From: an uncultured bacterium
GTDB taxonomy: Bacteria > Bacillota > Clostridia > Lachnospirales > Lachnospiraceae
DNA: 64,000 bases
Assembly (NCBI GenBank): GCA_947243845.1
Contig: CAMXIF010000010.1
Span: 39,698 to 103,697 of the forward strand
Direction of reading: 5' to 3'
Part shown: piece after piece, positions 18,555 to 27,675 of the stretch
Position numbering within the stretch: the stretch's first letter is position 1
Layout: each line of letters starts with the position of its first letter
Translations under genes and position numbers: made by a program
The notes under the pieces: model-generated
The model's database searches: none
What the model was told of the DNA's origin: nothing
What the model saw: the letters and a program-made list of their open reading frames with translations, nothing else

Positions 18555-18660
18555 CTTTCTTATATGTATGCAATTCTGTTATTTGCGGGACGATGACGGA
18601 TCAGATGATTATAGATTAATCGATATTGGGGTTTCTGTCAATTATACTGCGTAAAAGTGC

Positions 18661-18689
18661 TTGCAATAGGGAAAAATTGGTGCTATAAT
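18661..18689 (+). promoter_or_regulatory. Sigma-A promoter of the rimP-nusA-infB operon
   Basis: TTGCAA, 17-bp spacer, TG-c-TATAAT. Confidence 0.8.
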
Positions 18690-18718
18690 GGCAAAAGTAT
18701 GAAAGTGATTACTGAGAT

Positions 18719-18747
18719 AAAGAGTGGACTTGCGAGTCCACTCTTTT
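18719..18747 (+). terminator. Leader attenuator hairpin upstream of rimP
   Basis: AAAGAGTGGAC-ttgcga-GTCCACTCTTT(T) lies between the promoter and the rimP start. It matches the position of the Firmicute rimP(ylxS)-nusA leader terminator. Confidence 0.75.
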
Positions 18748-18780
18748 CAGGTACATGAAGTAGATTAAAGGAGTGCAGAC

Positions 18781-19245
18781 ATGTCGAAAAGAGAGACATA
18801 TGAAGAACGGACGGAAGGGCTGCTTGTTTCCATTGTGGAAGAGTTTGGCGTGGAAGTCTACGATGTGGAATATGTGAAGGAGGGGAGAGATTATTACCTG
18901 CGGGTTTATATTGATAAGCCGGAGGGTGTCAATATCCTGGACTGTGAGAATGTAAGCCGTGCACTGTCTGATGTGCTCGATGCGGAGGACTTTATTCCGG
19001 ATGCCTATATTCTGGAAGTCAGCAGTCCCGGCCTTGGACGGACGCTCAAGAAAGATAAACACTTACAGAAGAGTCTGGGGGAAGCGGTGGAGATTAAGAC
19101 TTATAAACCCATCGATGAGCAAAAGGAATTTGCGGGAATCTTAAAAGCATATGATGATGCGCAGATCACCATCGAGGAGGAAGGCGGCGAGCGCATATTT
19201 GAAAGGGCGGACATTGCACTGATAAAACTGGCGCTTAATCTATAG
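18781..19245 (+). CDS. rimP: Ribosome maturation factor RimP
   Basis: LRVYIDK, DCENVSR and YILEVSSPGLGR motifs; position upstream of nusA. Confidence 0.95.
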   Translation: MSKRETYEERTEGLLVSIVEEFGVEVYDVEYVKEGRDYYLRVYIDKPEGVNILDCENVSRALSDVLDAEDFIPDAYILEVSSPGLGRTLKKDKHLQKSLGEAVEIKTYKPIDEQKEFAGILKAYDDAQITIEEEGGERIFERADIALIKLALNL

Positions 19246-19285
19246 TAATATTATAAATCTGGTGAACATAGGAGGATAATGGAAA

Positions 19286-20476
19286 ATGAATAAGGAATTG
19301 ATGGAAGCATTGAATATCCTGGAGAGGGAGAAAGAAATCAGTAAGGAAACTCTCTTTGAAGCGATTGAAAACTCATTGCTCACGGCCTGTAAGAATCACT
19401 TTGGCAAGGCGGATAACGTGATAGTGGAGATTGACAGGGATACCTGTGACTTCCTTTGTTATGCGGAGAAAGAGGTGGTTGAGGAAGTGGAGGATTCGGT
19501 GCTGCAGATTTCCGTGGAGGATGCACAGGAGATTACTGAGGGCGCTAAAGTCGGAGATGTGATTCGTGTGGAGATCAAGTCCAAGGAGTTTGGGCGTATT
19601 GCAACGCAGAACGCCAAGAGCGTGATCTTGCAGAAAATCCGGGAGGAAGAGAGAAGCGTCATCTATAATCAGTACTTTGAGAAAGAGAAGGATGTGGTCA
19701 CAGGTATTGTACAGCGTTATGTGGGAAGGAACATCTCCATCAATCTGGGCAAGGCGGATGCCATCTTAAATGAGAACGAGCAGGTGCGGGGCGAGAACTT
19801 CAGGCCGACCGAGAGGATTAAGGTATATATCCTGGAGGTGAAGAATACGCCCAAGGGTCCCAGAATCCTGGTGAGCCGTACCCATCCGGAACTGGTCAAG
19901 AGATTGTTTGAGTCGGAAGTGACGGAGATCAAAGACGGCACTGTGGAAATCATGAGTATTGCCAGAGAGGCCGGCAGCAGGACGAAAATTGCCGTGCGTT
20001 CCAACAATCCCAATGTGGATGCGGTAGGTGCCTGCGTAGGTATCAATGGTGCCAGGGTCAACTCTATTGTGGATGAACTGTGTGGTGAGAAGATTGACAT
20101 TGTCAACTGGGATGAGAATCCGGGTAATCTGATTCAGAACGCCCTCTCTCCGGCCAAGATCGTGGCGGTGTTTGCAGATCCTGATGAGAAGACAGCCAAG
20201 GTAGTGGTGCCTGATTACCAGCTTTCCCTGGCAATCGGTAAGGAAGGACAGAATGCCAGACTGGCGGCCAGACTGACAGGCTATAAGATTGATATTAAGA
20301 GTGAGACACAGGCAAAAGACGCGCCCGGCTTCCGTGTTGAAGATTACATCTATGATGATGAGGATGAGTATGAAGAGGATGCCTATGAAGAAGGCGGGTA
20401 TGAAGAAGAATATGTGGAAGAAAGTGGTGAGGATGCCGGCGAATATGTAGAGGATGAGACGGCGGTACAAGAGTAG
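19286..20476 (+). CDS. nusA: Transcription termination factor NusA
   Basis: FGRIATQNAK, S1, KH domains (AREAGSRTKIAV, LSLAIGKEGQNARLA) and an acidic tail. Confidence 0.97.
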   Translation: MNKELMEALNILEREKEISKETLFEAIENSLLTACKNHFGKADNVIVEIDRDTCDFLCYAEKEVVEEVEDSVLQISVEDAQEITEGAKVGDVIRVEIKSKEFGRIATQNAKSVILQKIREEERSVIYNQYFEKEKDVVTGIVQRYVGRNISINLGKADAILNENEQVRGENFRPTERIKVYILEVKNTPKGPRILVSRTHPELVKRLFESEVTEIKDGTVEIMSIAREAGSRTKIAVRSNNPNVDAVGACVGINGARVNSIVDELCGEKIDIVNWDENPGNLIQNALSPAKIVAVFADPDEKTAKVVVPDYQLSLAIGKEGQNARLAARLTGYKIDIKSETQAKDAPGFRVEDYIYDDEDEYEEDAYEEGGYEEEYVEESGEDAGEYVEDETAVQE

Positions 20477-20512
20477 ATATCCGGGATATGCCGGGACAGA
20501 GAGGACGATGCT

Positions 20513-20785
20513 ATGGCAAAAAAGATTGCCCTGCGACAGTGTGTGGGATGCGGGGAGATGAAAGACAAGAAAGAGATGATGCGGGTGTTAAAGACCGCAG
20601 AAGGGCCGATCGTCCTGGATATGACCGGCAGAAAGAACGGCAGGGGAGCTTATCTGTGTAAGGATAGGGAATGTCTGATCTCAGCCAGAAAGAAAAAGGG
20701 GCTGGAACGTTCTTTTAAGATGAGCATACCCGATGAAATATACGAGAATCTGGAGAAGGAGTTTGAGGAGGGCGAGCATGAATAA
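20513..20785 (+). CDS. rnpM: YlxR / RNase P modulator RnpM
   Basis: RQCVGC, GRGAYLC; canonical position after nusA. Confidence 0.88.
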   Translation: MAKKIALRQCVGCGEMKDKKEMMRVLKTAEGPIVLDMTGRKNGRGAYLCKDRECLISARKKKGLERSFKMSIPDEIYENLEKEFEEGEHE

Positions 20786-21101
20786 TACGCTGGGAAAAGA
20801 TAAAGTGTTATCTCTGCTGGGGCTTGCCACCCGCTCCCGGAATGTTGTCAGTGGCGGATTTGCAACAGAGCAGGCAGTCAAAAGTGATAATGCGTGTCTG
20901 GTCATCATAGCGGAGGATGCTTCGGGGAATACCAGAAAGAAGTATAGCAATATGTGTGAATTCTATGAGGTGCCCTATGCGTATCATGGCACCAAGGAGG
21001 TGCTTGGACACTCAATGGGCAGGGCGGAGAGATCAGTCCTTGCTGTGACAGATAAGGGATTTGCAGATTCAATACAGAAGCATTTGGTGGATTCGGAATA
21101 G
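20778..21101 (+). CDS. ylxQ: L7Ae/L30e-family RNA-binding protein (YlxQ)
   Basis: LSLLGLA..., IAEDASGNT, LGHSMGR. ATG 20778 overlaps the ylxR stop and follows GGAGG. Confidence 0.85.
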   Translation: MNNTLGKDKVLSLLGLATRSRNVVSGGFATEQAVKSDNACLVIIAEDASGNTRKKYSNMCEFYEVPYAYHGTKEVLGHSMGRAERSVLAVTDKGFADSIQKHLVDSE

Positions 21102-21116
21102 TTGGAGGTAGTAAGT

Positions 21117-24002
21117 ATGGCGAAAATGAAAGTACATGAGCTGGCAAAAGAGCTGGATAAGAAGAGCAAGGATCTGATAGATTTTTTGCAGGATAAAGGA
21201 TATGATGTGAAGGTGGCGCAAAGTTCTATTGAGGATGAGGCCATTGACCTTGTGCGCGGTCAGTTCGGAAACACAGAGAAAGCGGCACCGACAGCAGTAA
21301 AGCCAGTAGAAGCGAAAGCATCAGTGGCGGATAAGACAGCGGAAGCAAAGCCGCAGGTGGAAGAGAAAGCGGCAGGAGTAAAACCGCAGTCTACAGAGAA
21401 AGCAGCAGAAAAGGCGGCAGAGGCGAAACCGCAGACAGCACAGAGAGCGGAAGCGAAAGCTTCAGCAGACAGACCGGCAGAGTCCAGGGGACAGCAGTCA
21501 GGGGACAGGTCAGCGCAGCCTAAGAAGAAAAAAATTATTTTTGTGAGTAACCCGCACAATTCCAAAATGTCAGGACAGCGTCCTGCCCAGGGTGGAAATA
21601 GCGGCGGAAACCGCAATACGAACAATAATCGGCCGGCAGGAAACGGCGGTCGTCCGGTACAGGTACAAAATACGCCGCATAAGATTGTAAGGCCGACCCA
21701 GAAACCGATTCCTGTAACGGCAGAACCCTATGATGTGCGCCAGCGTCAACAGCAGGAGCGCAGAATGGAACAGCGTCAGCAGGAGAAACGGGAACAGAAC
21801 AAAAATGCTGTGGCGCAGACGCAGGAGCGCAAACCGGCACAGACGCCGGCATCAGGACAGGAGAGAACAGTCAGTGCAGGAGAAAATCGCAGACCTGAAG
21901 GTCAGGGCAGACCGGCTTATAACAATAATAAAAACGATCGCAGCCGCAACGGCGGCGGTTTCAATGCTAACCGCAGCAATACAGGTAGTGAGCGCCCTCA
22001 GAGAGGAAATGGCGGACAGGACAATAGATTTCGGAAAAATAACGGTCCGAAGGACTTTGTGCCCGAGACGCCTGTCAAGGAAGTTGAGAAGCACAGAGAT
22101 GAAGAGAAGCGCAGAACGAATCAGGACAGGGATAAACGCTCGAAGAAAGATCTGATCTACGAAGAGGATGATGCAGCGGTTAAGAGCCGCAACAAAGCAG
22201 GCCGGTTTATCAAGCCGGAGAAGAAGGTTGAGGAAAAAGCAGAAGAGCAGATCAAGGTAATTACCATTCCGGATTCCCTGACAATTAAGGATCTGGCAGA
22301 TAAGATGAAGGTACAGCCGTCTGTGATCATCAAGAAACTGTTCCTGCAGGGGCAGATTGTAACATTGAACTCTGAGATCAGCTTTGAGGATGCGGAGAAT
22401 ATTGCGATTGAGTATGAGATCATCTGCGAGAAGGAAGTCAAAGTAGATGTGATCGAAGAACTTCTGAAAGAAGACGAGGAAGATGCTGCTGCCATGGTGG
22501 CGCGTCCGCCGGTTATCTGTGTCATGGGACACGTAGATCATGGTAAAACATCCCTTTTGGATGCAATCCGCAAGACCAATGTGACGGATAAGGAAGCGGG
22601 CGGCATCACACAGGCGATCGGCGCCTACACGGTAAGCGCCAAGGGACAGAGCATCACGTTCCTGGATACGCCTGGACATGAGGCGTTTACGGCTATGCGT
22701 ATGCGCGGCGCTAACTCTACTGATATCGCTGTTTTAGTAGTGGCGGCGGATGACGGTGTCATGCCCCAGACGGTGGAGGCGATCAACCATGCGAAGGCGG
22801 CCGGTATAGAGATTATTGTAGCAGTGAATAAAATAGATAAACCCAACGCTAACATTGACCGCGTGAAGCAGGAGATGACAGAGTATGAACTGATTCCTGT
22901 AGACTGGGGCGGATCTACGGAGTTTGTGCCTGTATCAGCCAAGTCCGGAGAAGGAATCGAGAACCTGTTGGAGACCATACTGCTTACGGCAGAGATTATG
23001 GAATTGAAAGCCAATCCTAACAGAAATGCCAGAGGTCTGGTTATAGAGGCGGAACTCGATAAGGGACGCGGTCCGGTAGCTACCGTGCTGGTGCAGAAAG
23101 GTACGCTCCATGTGGGAGACTTTATCTCAGCAGGGGCAAGTCACGGCAAAGTGAGAGCTATGATCGATGACAAGGGTAGACGTGTGAAGGAGGCTGTGCC
23201 TTCCACACCGGTGGAGATTTTAGGCCTTTCCGATGTGCCCAGTGCCGGCGAAGTATTTATTGTCCATGAAAATGACAAGAGTGCGAAATCTTATGCGGAG
23301 ACTTATCTGGCACAGCATAAAGAAGAAATGCTTGCAGATACTAAGACCAGAATGTCTCTGGATGACCTGTTCAACCAGATTCAGGAGGGTAATCTGAAGG
23401 AACTGAACCTGATTGTCAAGGCGGATGTACAGGGCAGCGTGGAGGCAGTGAAACAGAGCCTGATGAAACTTTCCAATGAGGAAGTGGTGGTAAAATGTAT
23501 CCACGGCGGCGTAGGCGCCATCAATGAGTCGGATGTATCCCTGGCTTCTGCTTCTTCGGCTATCATCATCGGCTTTAATGTAAGGCCGGATGCCACCGCC
23601 AAGACAGTGGCGGAGCGCGAGGGCGTGGATGTGAGACTTTACAAAGTCATCTATCAGGCAATCGAGGATATCGAGGCAGCCATGAAAGGCATGCTGGATC
23701 CGATCTTTGAAGAAAAGGTGATCGGCCATGCTGAGGTGCGTCAGATATTCAAGGCTTCTGCAATCGGTAATATCGCTGGTTCCTATGTGCTGGACGGCGA
23801 GTTCCAGAGAGGCTGTAAGATTCGTATCCGCAGAGATGATGAGCAGATTTATGAAGGTGAACTTGCTTCCTTAAAGAGATTTAAGGACGATGTGAAAGAA
23901 GTCAGAGCCGGTTTTGAGTGCGGACTTGTGTTTGACGGCTTCGATAAGATGCAGGAACTGGATATCGTGGAAGCATATATTATGGTGGAAGTACCCAGAT
24001 AG
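21117..24002 (+). CDS. infB: Translation initiation factor IF-2
   Basis: [11 protein letters not shown]-terminus, [20 protein letters not shown] and NKID. ATG 21117 follows GGAGG. Confidence 0.98.
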   Translation: MAKMKVHELAKELDKKSKDLIDFLQDKGYDVKVAQSSIEDEAIDLVRGQFGNTEKAAPTAVKPVEAKASVADKTAEAKPQVEEKAAGVKPQSTEKAAEKAAEAKPQTAQRAEAKASADRPAESRGQQSGDRSAQPKKKKIIFVSNPHNSKMSGQRPAQGGNSGGNRNTNNNRPAGNGGRPVQVQNTPHKIVRPTQKPIPVTAEPYDVRQRQQQERRMEQRQQEKREQNKNAVAQTQERKPAQTPASGQERTVSAGENRRPEGQGRPAYNNNKNDRSRNGGGFNANRSNTGSERPQRGNGGQDNRFRKNNGPKDFVPETPVKEVEKHRDEEKRRTNQDRDKRSKKDLIYEEDDAAVKSRNKAGRFIKPEKKVEEKAEEQIKVITIPDSLTIKDLADKMKVQPSVIIKKLFLQGQIVTLNSEISFEDAENIAIEYEIICEKEVKVDVIEELLKEDEEDAAAMVARPPVICVMGHVDHGKTSLLDAIRKTNVTDKEAGGITQAIGAYTVSAKGQSITFLDTPGHEAFTAMRMRGANSTDIAVLVVAADDGVMPQTVEAINHAKAAGIEIIVAVNKIDKPNANIDRVKQEMTEYELIPVDWGGSTEFVPVSAKSGEGIENLLETILLTAEIMELKANPNRNARGLVIEAELDKGRGPVATVLVQKGTLHVGDFISAGASHGKVRAMIDDKGRRVKEAVPSTPVEILGLSDVPSAGEVFIVHENDKSAKSYAETYLAQHKEEMLADTKTRMSLDDLFNQIQEGNLKELNLIVKADVQGSVEAVKQSLMKLSNEEVVVKCIHGGVGAINESDVSLASASSAIIIGFNVRPDATAKTVAEREGVDVRLYKVIYQAIEDIEAAMKGMLDPIFEEKVIGHAEVRQIFKASAIGNIAGSYVLDGEFQRGCKIRIRRDDEQIYEGELASLKRFKDDVKEVRAGFECGLVFDGFDKMQELDIVEAYIMVEVPR

Positions 24003-24090
24003 CAGGGTGAAAAGTACTTCTAAAGTTCACGCTTTAGGACGCTTCGCTAAGAAGTACCAGGAGTTACAAAGCAGCTCCGTTTCATCCGGG

Positions 24091-24117
24091 AGAATGCCTG
24101 AAATGCGGGCATTCTCT
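24091..24117. repeat. Inverted repeat in the infB-rbfA gap
   Basis: GAGAATGCC-tgaaatgcg-GGCATTCTC with no U-tract. Confidence 0.55.
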
Positions 24118-24157
24118 GCGGTGGTACAGAATAAAGGCGAGATGGAATAAAAGAGTA

Positions 24158-24275
24158 CTATAAAGTAAATAGGACTATAGAGTAAAAAGCGCTATAGAGT
24201 AAAAAGCGCTATAGAGTAGAAAGCGCTATAGAGTAAAAAGTGTTATAGAGTAGAAAGTGCTATAAAGTAAAAGTA
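24158..24275. repeat. 17-bp tandem repeat, about 7 copies, consensus CTATAGAGTAAAAAGCG
   Basis: Units start at 24158, 24175, 24192, 24209, 24226, 24243 and 24260; the edge copies are degenerate. Confidence 0.9.
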
Positions 24276-24330
24276 TTATGGAAAGAGAGCGTTATATGAG
24301 TTATATAATAAGTAAGAAAGGGCTGGGGTC

Positions 24331-24735
24331 ATGCGTAAGAACAGTGTAAAAAATACCCGGATCAACGGGGAAGTACAGCGTGAATTGGCACAGATCATCA
24401 GGGGAGGCATCAAGGATCCCAGAATCGCACCGATGACTTCTGTGGTTGCGGTGGAAGTGGCGCCGGATTTAAAGACATGTAAGGCGTGGATTAGTGTTCT
24501 CGGAGATGAGAAGGCGCAGCAGGACACACTTGCAGGACTCAGAAGCGCGGAAGGATTTATCCGGGGCAGGCTGGCGAAGACCATTAATCTGCGCAATACG
24601 CCCCAGATTACTTTTATCATGGATCAGTCCATTGCTTACGGTGTCAGTATGTCAAAAAAGATTGAGGAAGTGATGGCAACAGACCGGGAGGCAGTAAAGG
24701 CAGATGAGGTAAATGACAATGCGGATAATCAGTGA
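24331..24735 (+). CDS. rbfA: 30S ribosome-binding factor A
   Basis: IKDPRI, VEVAPDLKTCKAWIS, LRSAEGFIR and LRNTPQITF. Confidence 0.95.
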   Translation: MRKNSVKNTRINGEVQRELAQIIRGGIKDPRIAPMTSVVAVEVAPDLKTCKAWISVLGDEKAQQDTLAGLRSAEGFIRGRLAKTINLRNTPQITFIMDQSIAYGVSMSKKIEEVMATDREAVKADEVNDNADNQ

Positions 24736-25687
24736 GGTAAGAGAGGCAAAGAAAATAGCGATCGGTGGGCATGTGCGACCGGATGGAGACTGTGTATGTT
24801 CCGTCATGGCCCTGTATCGTTATCTGCAAAAAGAACTTCCGGAAGCAAAGATTGATGTGTATCTGGAACAGCCCTCAGAGGTTTTTGACTGTATTTGGGG
24901 AATTGAGGATATCTGTTCTGATTTTGAGACAGAAGAGGTTTATGATGTTTTCCTGGCATTAGACTGCAATGATGAGAGGCTTGGAGGCGCACTGCCGATT
25001 TATCAGAGGGCAGGCAGACGAATTAACATTGACCATCATATCAGCAACGCCGGCTGCGGGGATCTCAATATCATTGAGGTGGACAGGAGTTCCACAGCTG
25101 AACTTCTATATGATTTGATGGATCCGGAGAAGGTGGACGAGGAGATTGCGAAAGCAATTTATATTGGAATAGCCCATGATACAGGGGTGTTCCGGTATTC
25201 CAACACATCCCCTCACACATTGGAGATTGCGGCCAGATTACTTGCGTTCGGGTTTGATTTCTCAGCGTTGATTGAGCATACTTTTTATGAAAAAACCTAT
25301 GTGCAGACACAGATCATGGGCAGAGCAGTATTGGAGAGCATTCGGTTCATGAACGATCGGTGTATCGTCAGTATGGTGAGCCGCCGTATGATGGACTTCT
25401 ATCAAGTGACATCTAAGGATCTGGATGGTATCGTAAACCAGCTGCAGGCGGTAAGCGGTGTGGATTGCGCGATTTTCATGTATGAGATCGGCACGTTGGA
25501 ATATAAGGTGAGTATGCGGTCCAATGGCAAGGTGAATGTGGCACAGGCAGCCATGAAATTTGGAGGCGGCGGTCATGTACGGGCGGCAGGCTGCACCATG
25601 AACGGTACATATCACGATAATATCAACAATCTGTCCAGAGAGATTGCCGGACAGCTTAAGAAGGAAAAACAAGAGGATCAGGAATAG
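24713..25687 (+). CDS. nrnA: DHH/DHHA1 phosphoesterase (NrnA-like nanoRNase / pAp phosphatase)
   Basis: HVRPDGDC, IDHH, HDTGVF, SMRS and FGGGGHVRAAG. The start may be 24719. Confidence 0.88.
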   Translation: MTMRIISEVREAKKIAIGGHVRPDGDCVCSVMALYRYLQKELPEAKIDVYLEQPSEVFDCIWGIEDICSDFETEEVYDVFLALDCNDERLGGALPIYQRAGRRINIDHHISNAGCGDLNIIEVDRSSTAELLYDLMDPEKVDEEIAKAIYIGIAHDTGVFRYSNTSPHTLEIAARLLAFGFDFSALIEHTFYEKTYVQTQIMGRAVLESIRFMNDRCIVSMVSRRMMDFYQVTSKDLDGIVNQLQAVSGVDCAIFMYEIGTLEYKVSMRSNGKVNVAQAAMKFGGGGHVRAAGCTMNGTYHDNINNLSREIAGQLKKEKQEDQE

Positions 25688-25690
25688 AAT

Positions 25691-26614
25691 ATGGCAGAGA
25701 CCTTTCCATATAATGGAATCATGAATGTATATAAAGAGGCGGGTTTTACTTCCCATGATGTGGTAGCCAGACTCCGGGGGATCTGTAAACAGAAAAAGAT
25801 AGGACATACAGGGACACTCGATCCGGATGCGGTCGGCGTGCTTCCTGTATGTTTCGGTTCCGGCACCAAATTGTGCGATATGCTCACGGACTGGGATAAG
25901 GAATATGTTGCGGCGCTGCGGCTGGGGATCACAACGGATACCCAGGATCTGTCCGGACAGGTGTTGACTGAGGCTGGACAGGCGCAGATGGCGGCTCTCA
26001 CAGAGGACATTGTGTACAGGGCGGTTATGGGATTTGCGGGAGAGTATGAACAGATTCCGCCCATGTATTCGGCGCTCAAGGTTAACGGCAAGAAACTTTA
26101 CGAACTGGCAAGGGCAGGGAAAGAAGTGGAACGAAAGCCAAGACCGGTGCAGATTAAGGAGATAGAGATTCTTACGATGGCGCTGCCCGTTGTGAAATTC
26201 CGGGTGGTGTGTTCTAAGGGAACCTATATCCGGACGCTGTGTCATGATATCGGGGACAGGCTTGGCTGCGGTGGGGTCATGGAGTCACTGACCAGAAGCA
26301 GGGTTGGGTTCTTTTGCATTGAGGAAGCGCTGACGCTTGCCAAGTTAGAGAAACTGCGGGATGAAGGAAAGCTGTCGGAGGTCATTACGGCGCCGGACAG
26401 GATTTTTGAGAATTGCAGGGCGGTCACTGTGACACAGGCGGGGCAGAGGATGGCGGCAAACGGCAATCGTCTGCGGGATAGTTTACTGACCGTACATATC
26501 ATGCCGGCGGAGCGGGAACAGGTGAGAGTATATGATGAGGCGGGCAGGTTTTACGGCATCTATCAGTATGATAAAGAAGCCGGGGATTTTAAGCCCGTGA
26601 AGATGTTTTTATAG
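25691..26614 (+). CDS. truB: tRNA pseudouridine(55) synthase
   Basis: KIGHTGTLDP, QIPPMYSALKVNGKKLYELAR and CSKGTYIRTL. Confidence 0.97.
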   Translation: MAETFPYNGIMNVYKEAGFTSHDVVARLRGICKQKKIGHTGTLDPDAVGVLPVCFGSGTKLCDMLTDWDKEYVAALRLGITTDTQDLSGQVLTEAGQAQMAALTEDIVYRAVMGFAGEYEQIPPMYSALKVNGKKLYELARAGKEVERKPRPVQIKEIEILTMALPVVKFRVVCSKGTYIRTLCHDIGDRLGCGGVMESLTRSRVGFFCIEEALTLAKLEKLRDEGKLSEVITAPDRIFENCRAVTVTQAGQRMAANGNRLRDSLLTVHIMPAEREQVRVYDEAGRFYGIYQYDKEAGDFKPVKMFL

Positions 26615-26642
26615 ATGAGGAGAGTGCAGACGGGGTGGCAGA

Positions 26643-27563
26643 ATGTTGATCATAGAAAACACGACAGAGTTTGCTTTGGAGCATAAAAGCGCTGTGGCGG
26701 TAGGCAAATTTGACGGCATCCATCTGGGACACCGGAAGCTGCTGGGCAAGATTTTGGAACAGAAAGAAAAGGGGCTTACAGCGGTGGTGTTCACATTTGA
26801 TGCATCGGCTTGCGCCTTCTTTGGCGGGGAGGAGAAAGAATTGTCCACCAGAGAGGAAAAGAGGGCTGTCTTTGCGCAGATGGGGGTCGATGTGCTGATT
26901 GAATTTCCCTTAAACCAGGAGACGGCGGCTACGGAGCCGGAGGTGTTTGTCAGACGGTATCTGGCCGAGCAGATGCGTACGGCTTATCTGTGTGCGGGAC
27001 CGGATGTCACCTTTGGCAGGCGGGGAGCGGGCAATAAGGAACTTTTGGCCCGTTATGAGAAAGAGTGCGGGTATCGGCTGGAATTGATCGATAAGGTGCA
27101 GGTGGATGGCAAAGAAGTCAGTTCCACCAGAGTGCGCAGCGCAGTCCGGGAAGGGCAGATGGAAGCAGCAGCCCGGATGCTGGGGATACCCTACAGTGTG
27201 AGCGGCCGGGTGGAACATGGCAGACGGCTGGGACGTACGCTGGGGATGCCTACGGCGAACCTTCTGCCGGAGACAGATAAGCTTTTGCCGCCGGATGGTG
27301 TTTATTATTCCAGCGTGCTTCTGAATGGCTGTGTTTACCGGGGGATTTCTAATATTGGCTGTAAACCAACGGTATCCCAGGAGAATATTATGGGGGTGGA
27401 GACCTATCTGTATGATTTTGACGAGTCGATTTACGGCAGTCAGATCACGGTACAGCTCCACGCGTTTCGCAGACCGGAAGAGAAGTTTGACAGTGTGGAG
27501 GCTCTGCGGGCACAGCTGAAATTGGATATTGTTGCGGGCAGGGAATTTGAAGCGGGACGATAA
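26643..27563 (+). CDS. ribF: Bifunctional riboflavin kinase / FAD synthetase
   Basis: GKFDGIHLGH, VSSTRVR, GRTLGMPTAN, NIGCKPTV and ETYLYDF. Confidence 0.95.
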   Translation: MLIIENTTEFALEHKSAVAVGKFDGIHLGHRKLLGKILEQKEKGLTAVVFTFDASACAFFGGEEKELSTREEKRAVFAQMGVDVLIEFPLNQETAATEPEVFVRRYLAEQMRTAYLCAGPDVTFGRRGAGNKELLARYEKECGYRLELIDKVQVDGKEVSSTRVRSAVREGQMEAAARMLGIPYSVSGRVEHGRRLGRTLGMPTANLLPETDKLLPPDGVYYSSVLLNGCVYRGISNIGCKPTVSQENIMGVETYLYDFDESIYGSQITVQLHAFRRPEEKFDSVEALRAQLKLDIVAGREFEAGR

Positions 27564-27597
27564 GTGTCGATGAGAGTCGTTTTTTTTGCCAAAAGGC

Positions 27598-27626
27598 TTG
27601 TAAGTATGTTTTTTTTTCGATACAAT
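27598..27626 (+). promoter_or_regulatory. Putative promoter of the Na/Pi cotransporter
   Basis: TTGTAA, 17-bp spacer containing T9, TACAAT. Confidence 0.55.
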
Positions 27627-27675
27627 GATAACGGTGCATTTATGTGAGGAACAAAGGAAGGAAACATAAATTGAG

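Noticed and set aside
21250-22200. Low-complexity repeats in the IF-2 N-terminus and the acidic NusA tail
   Set aside because: Variable low-complexity regions are normal for these proteins.
24158-24275. 17-bp repeats as a CRISPR array
   Set aside because: The units are contiguous with no unique spacers, are too short, and no cas genes are present.
25262-26245. 327-aa antisense ORF over nrnA/truB
   Set aside because: It is a shadow ORF; the same applies to the many other His/Gln-rich antisense ORFs in the track.
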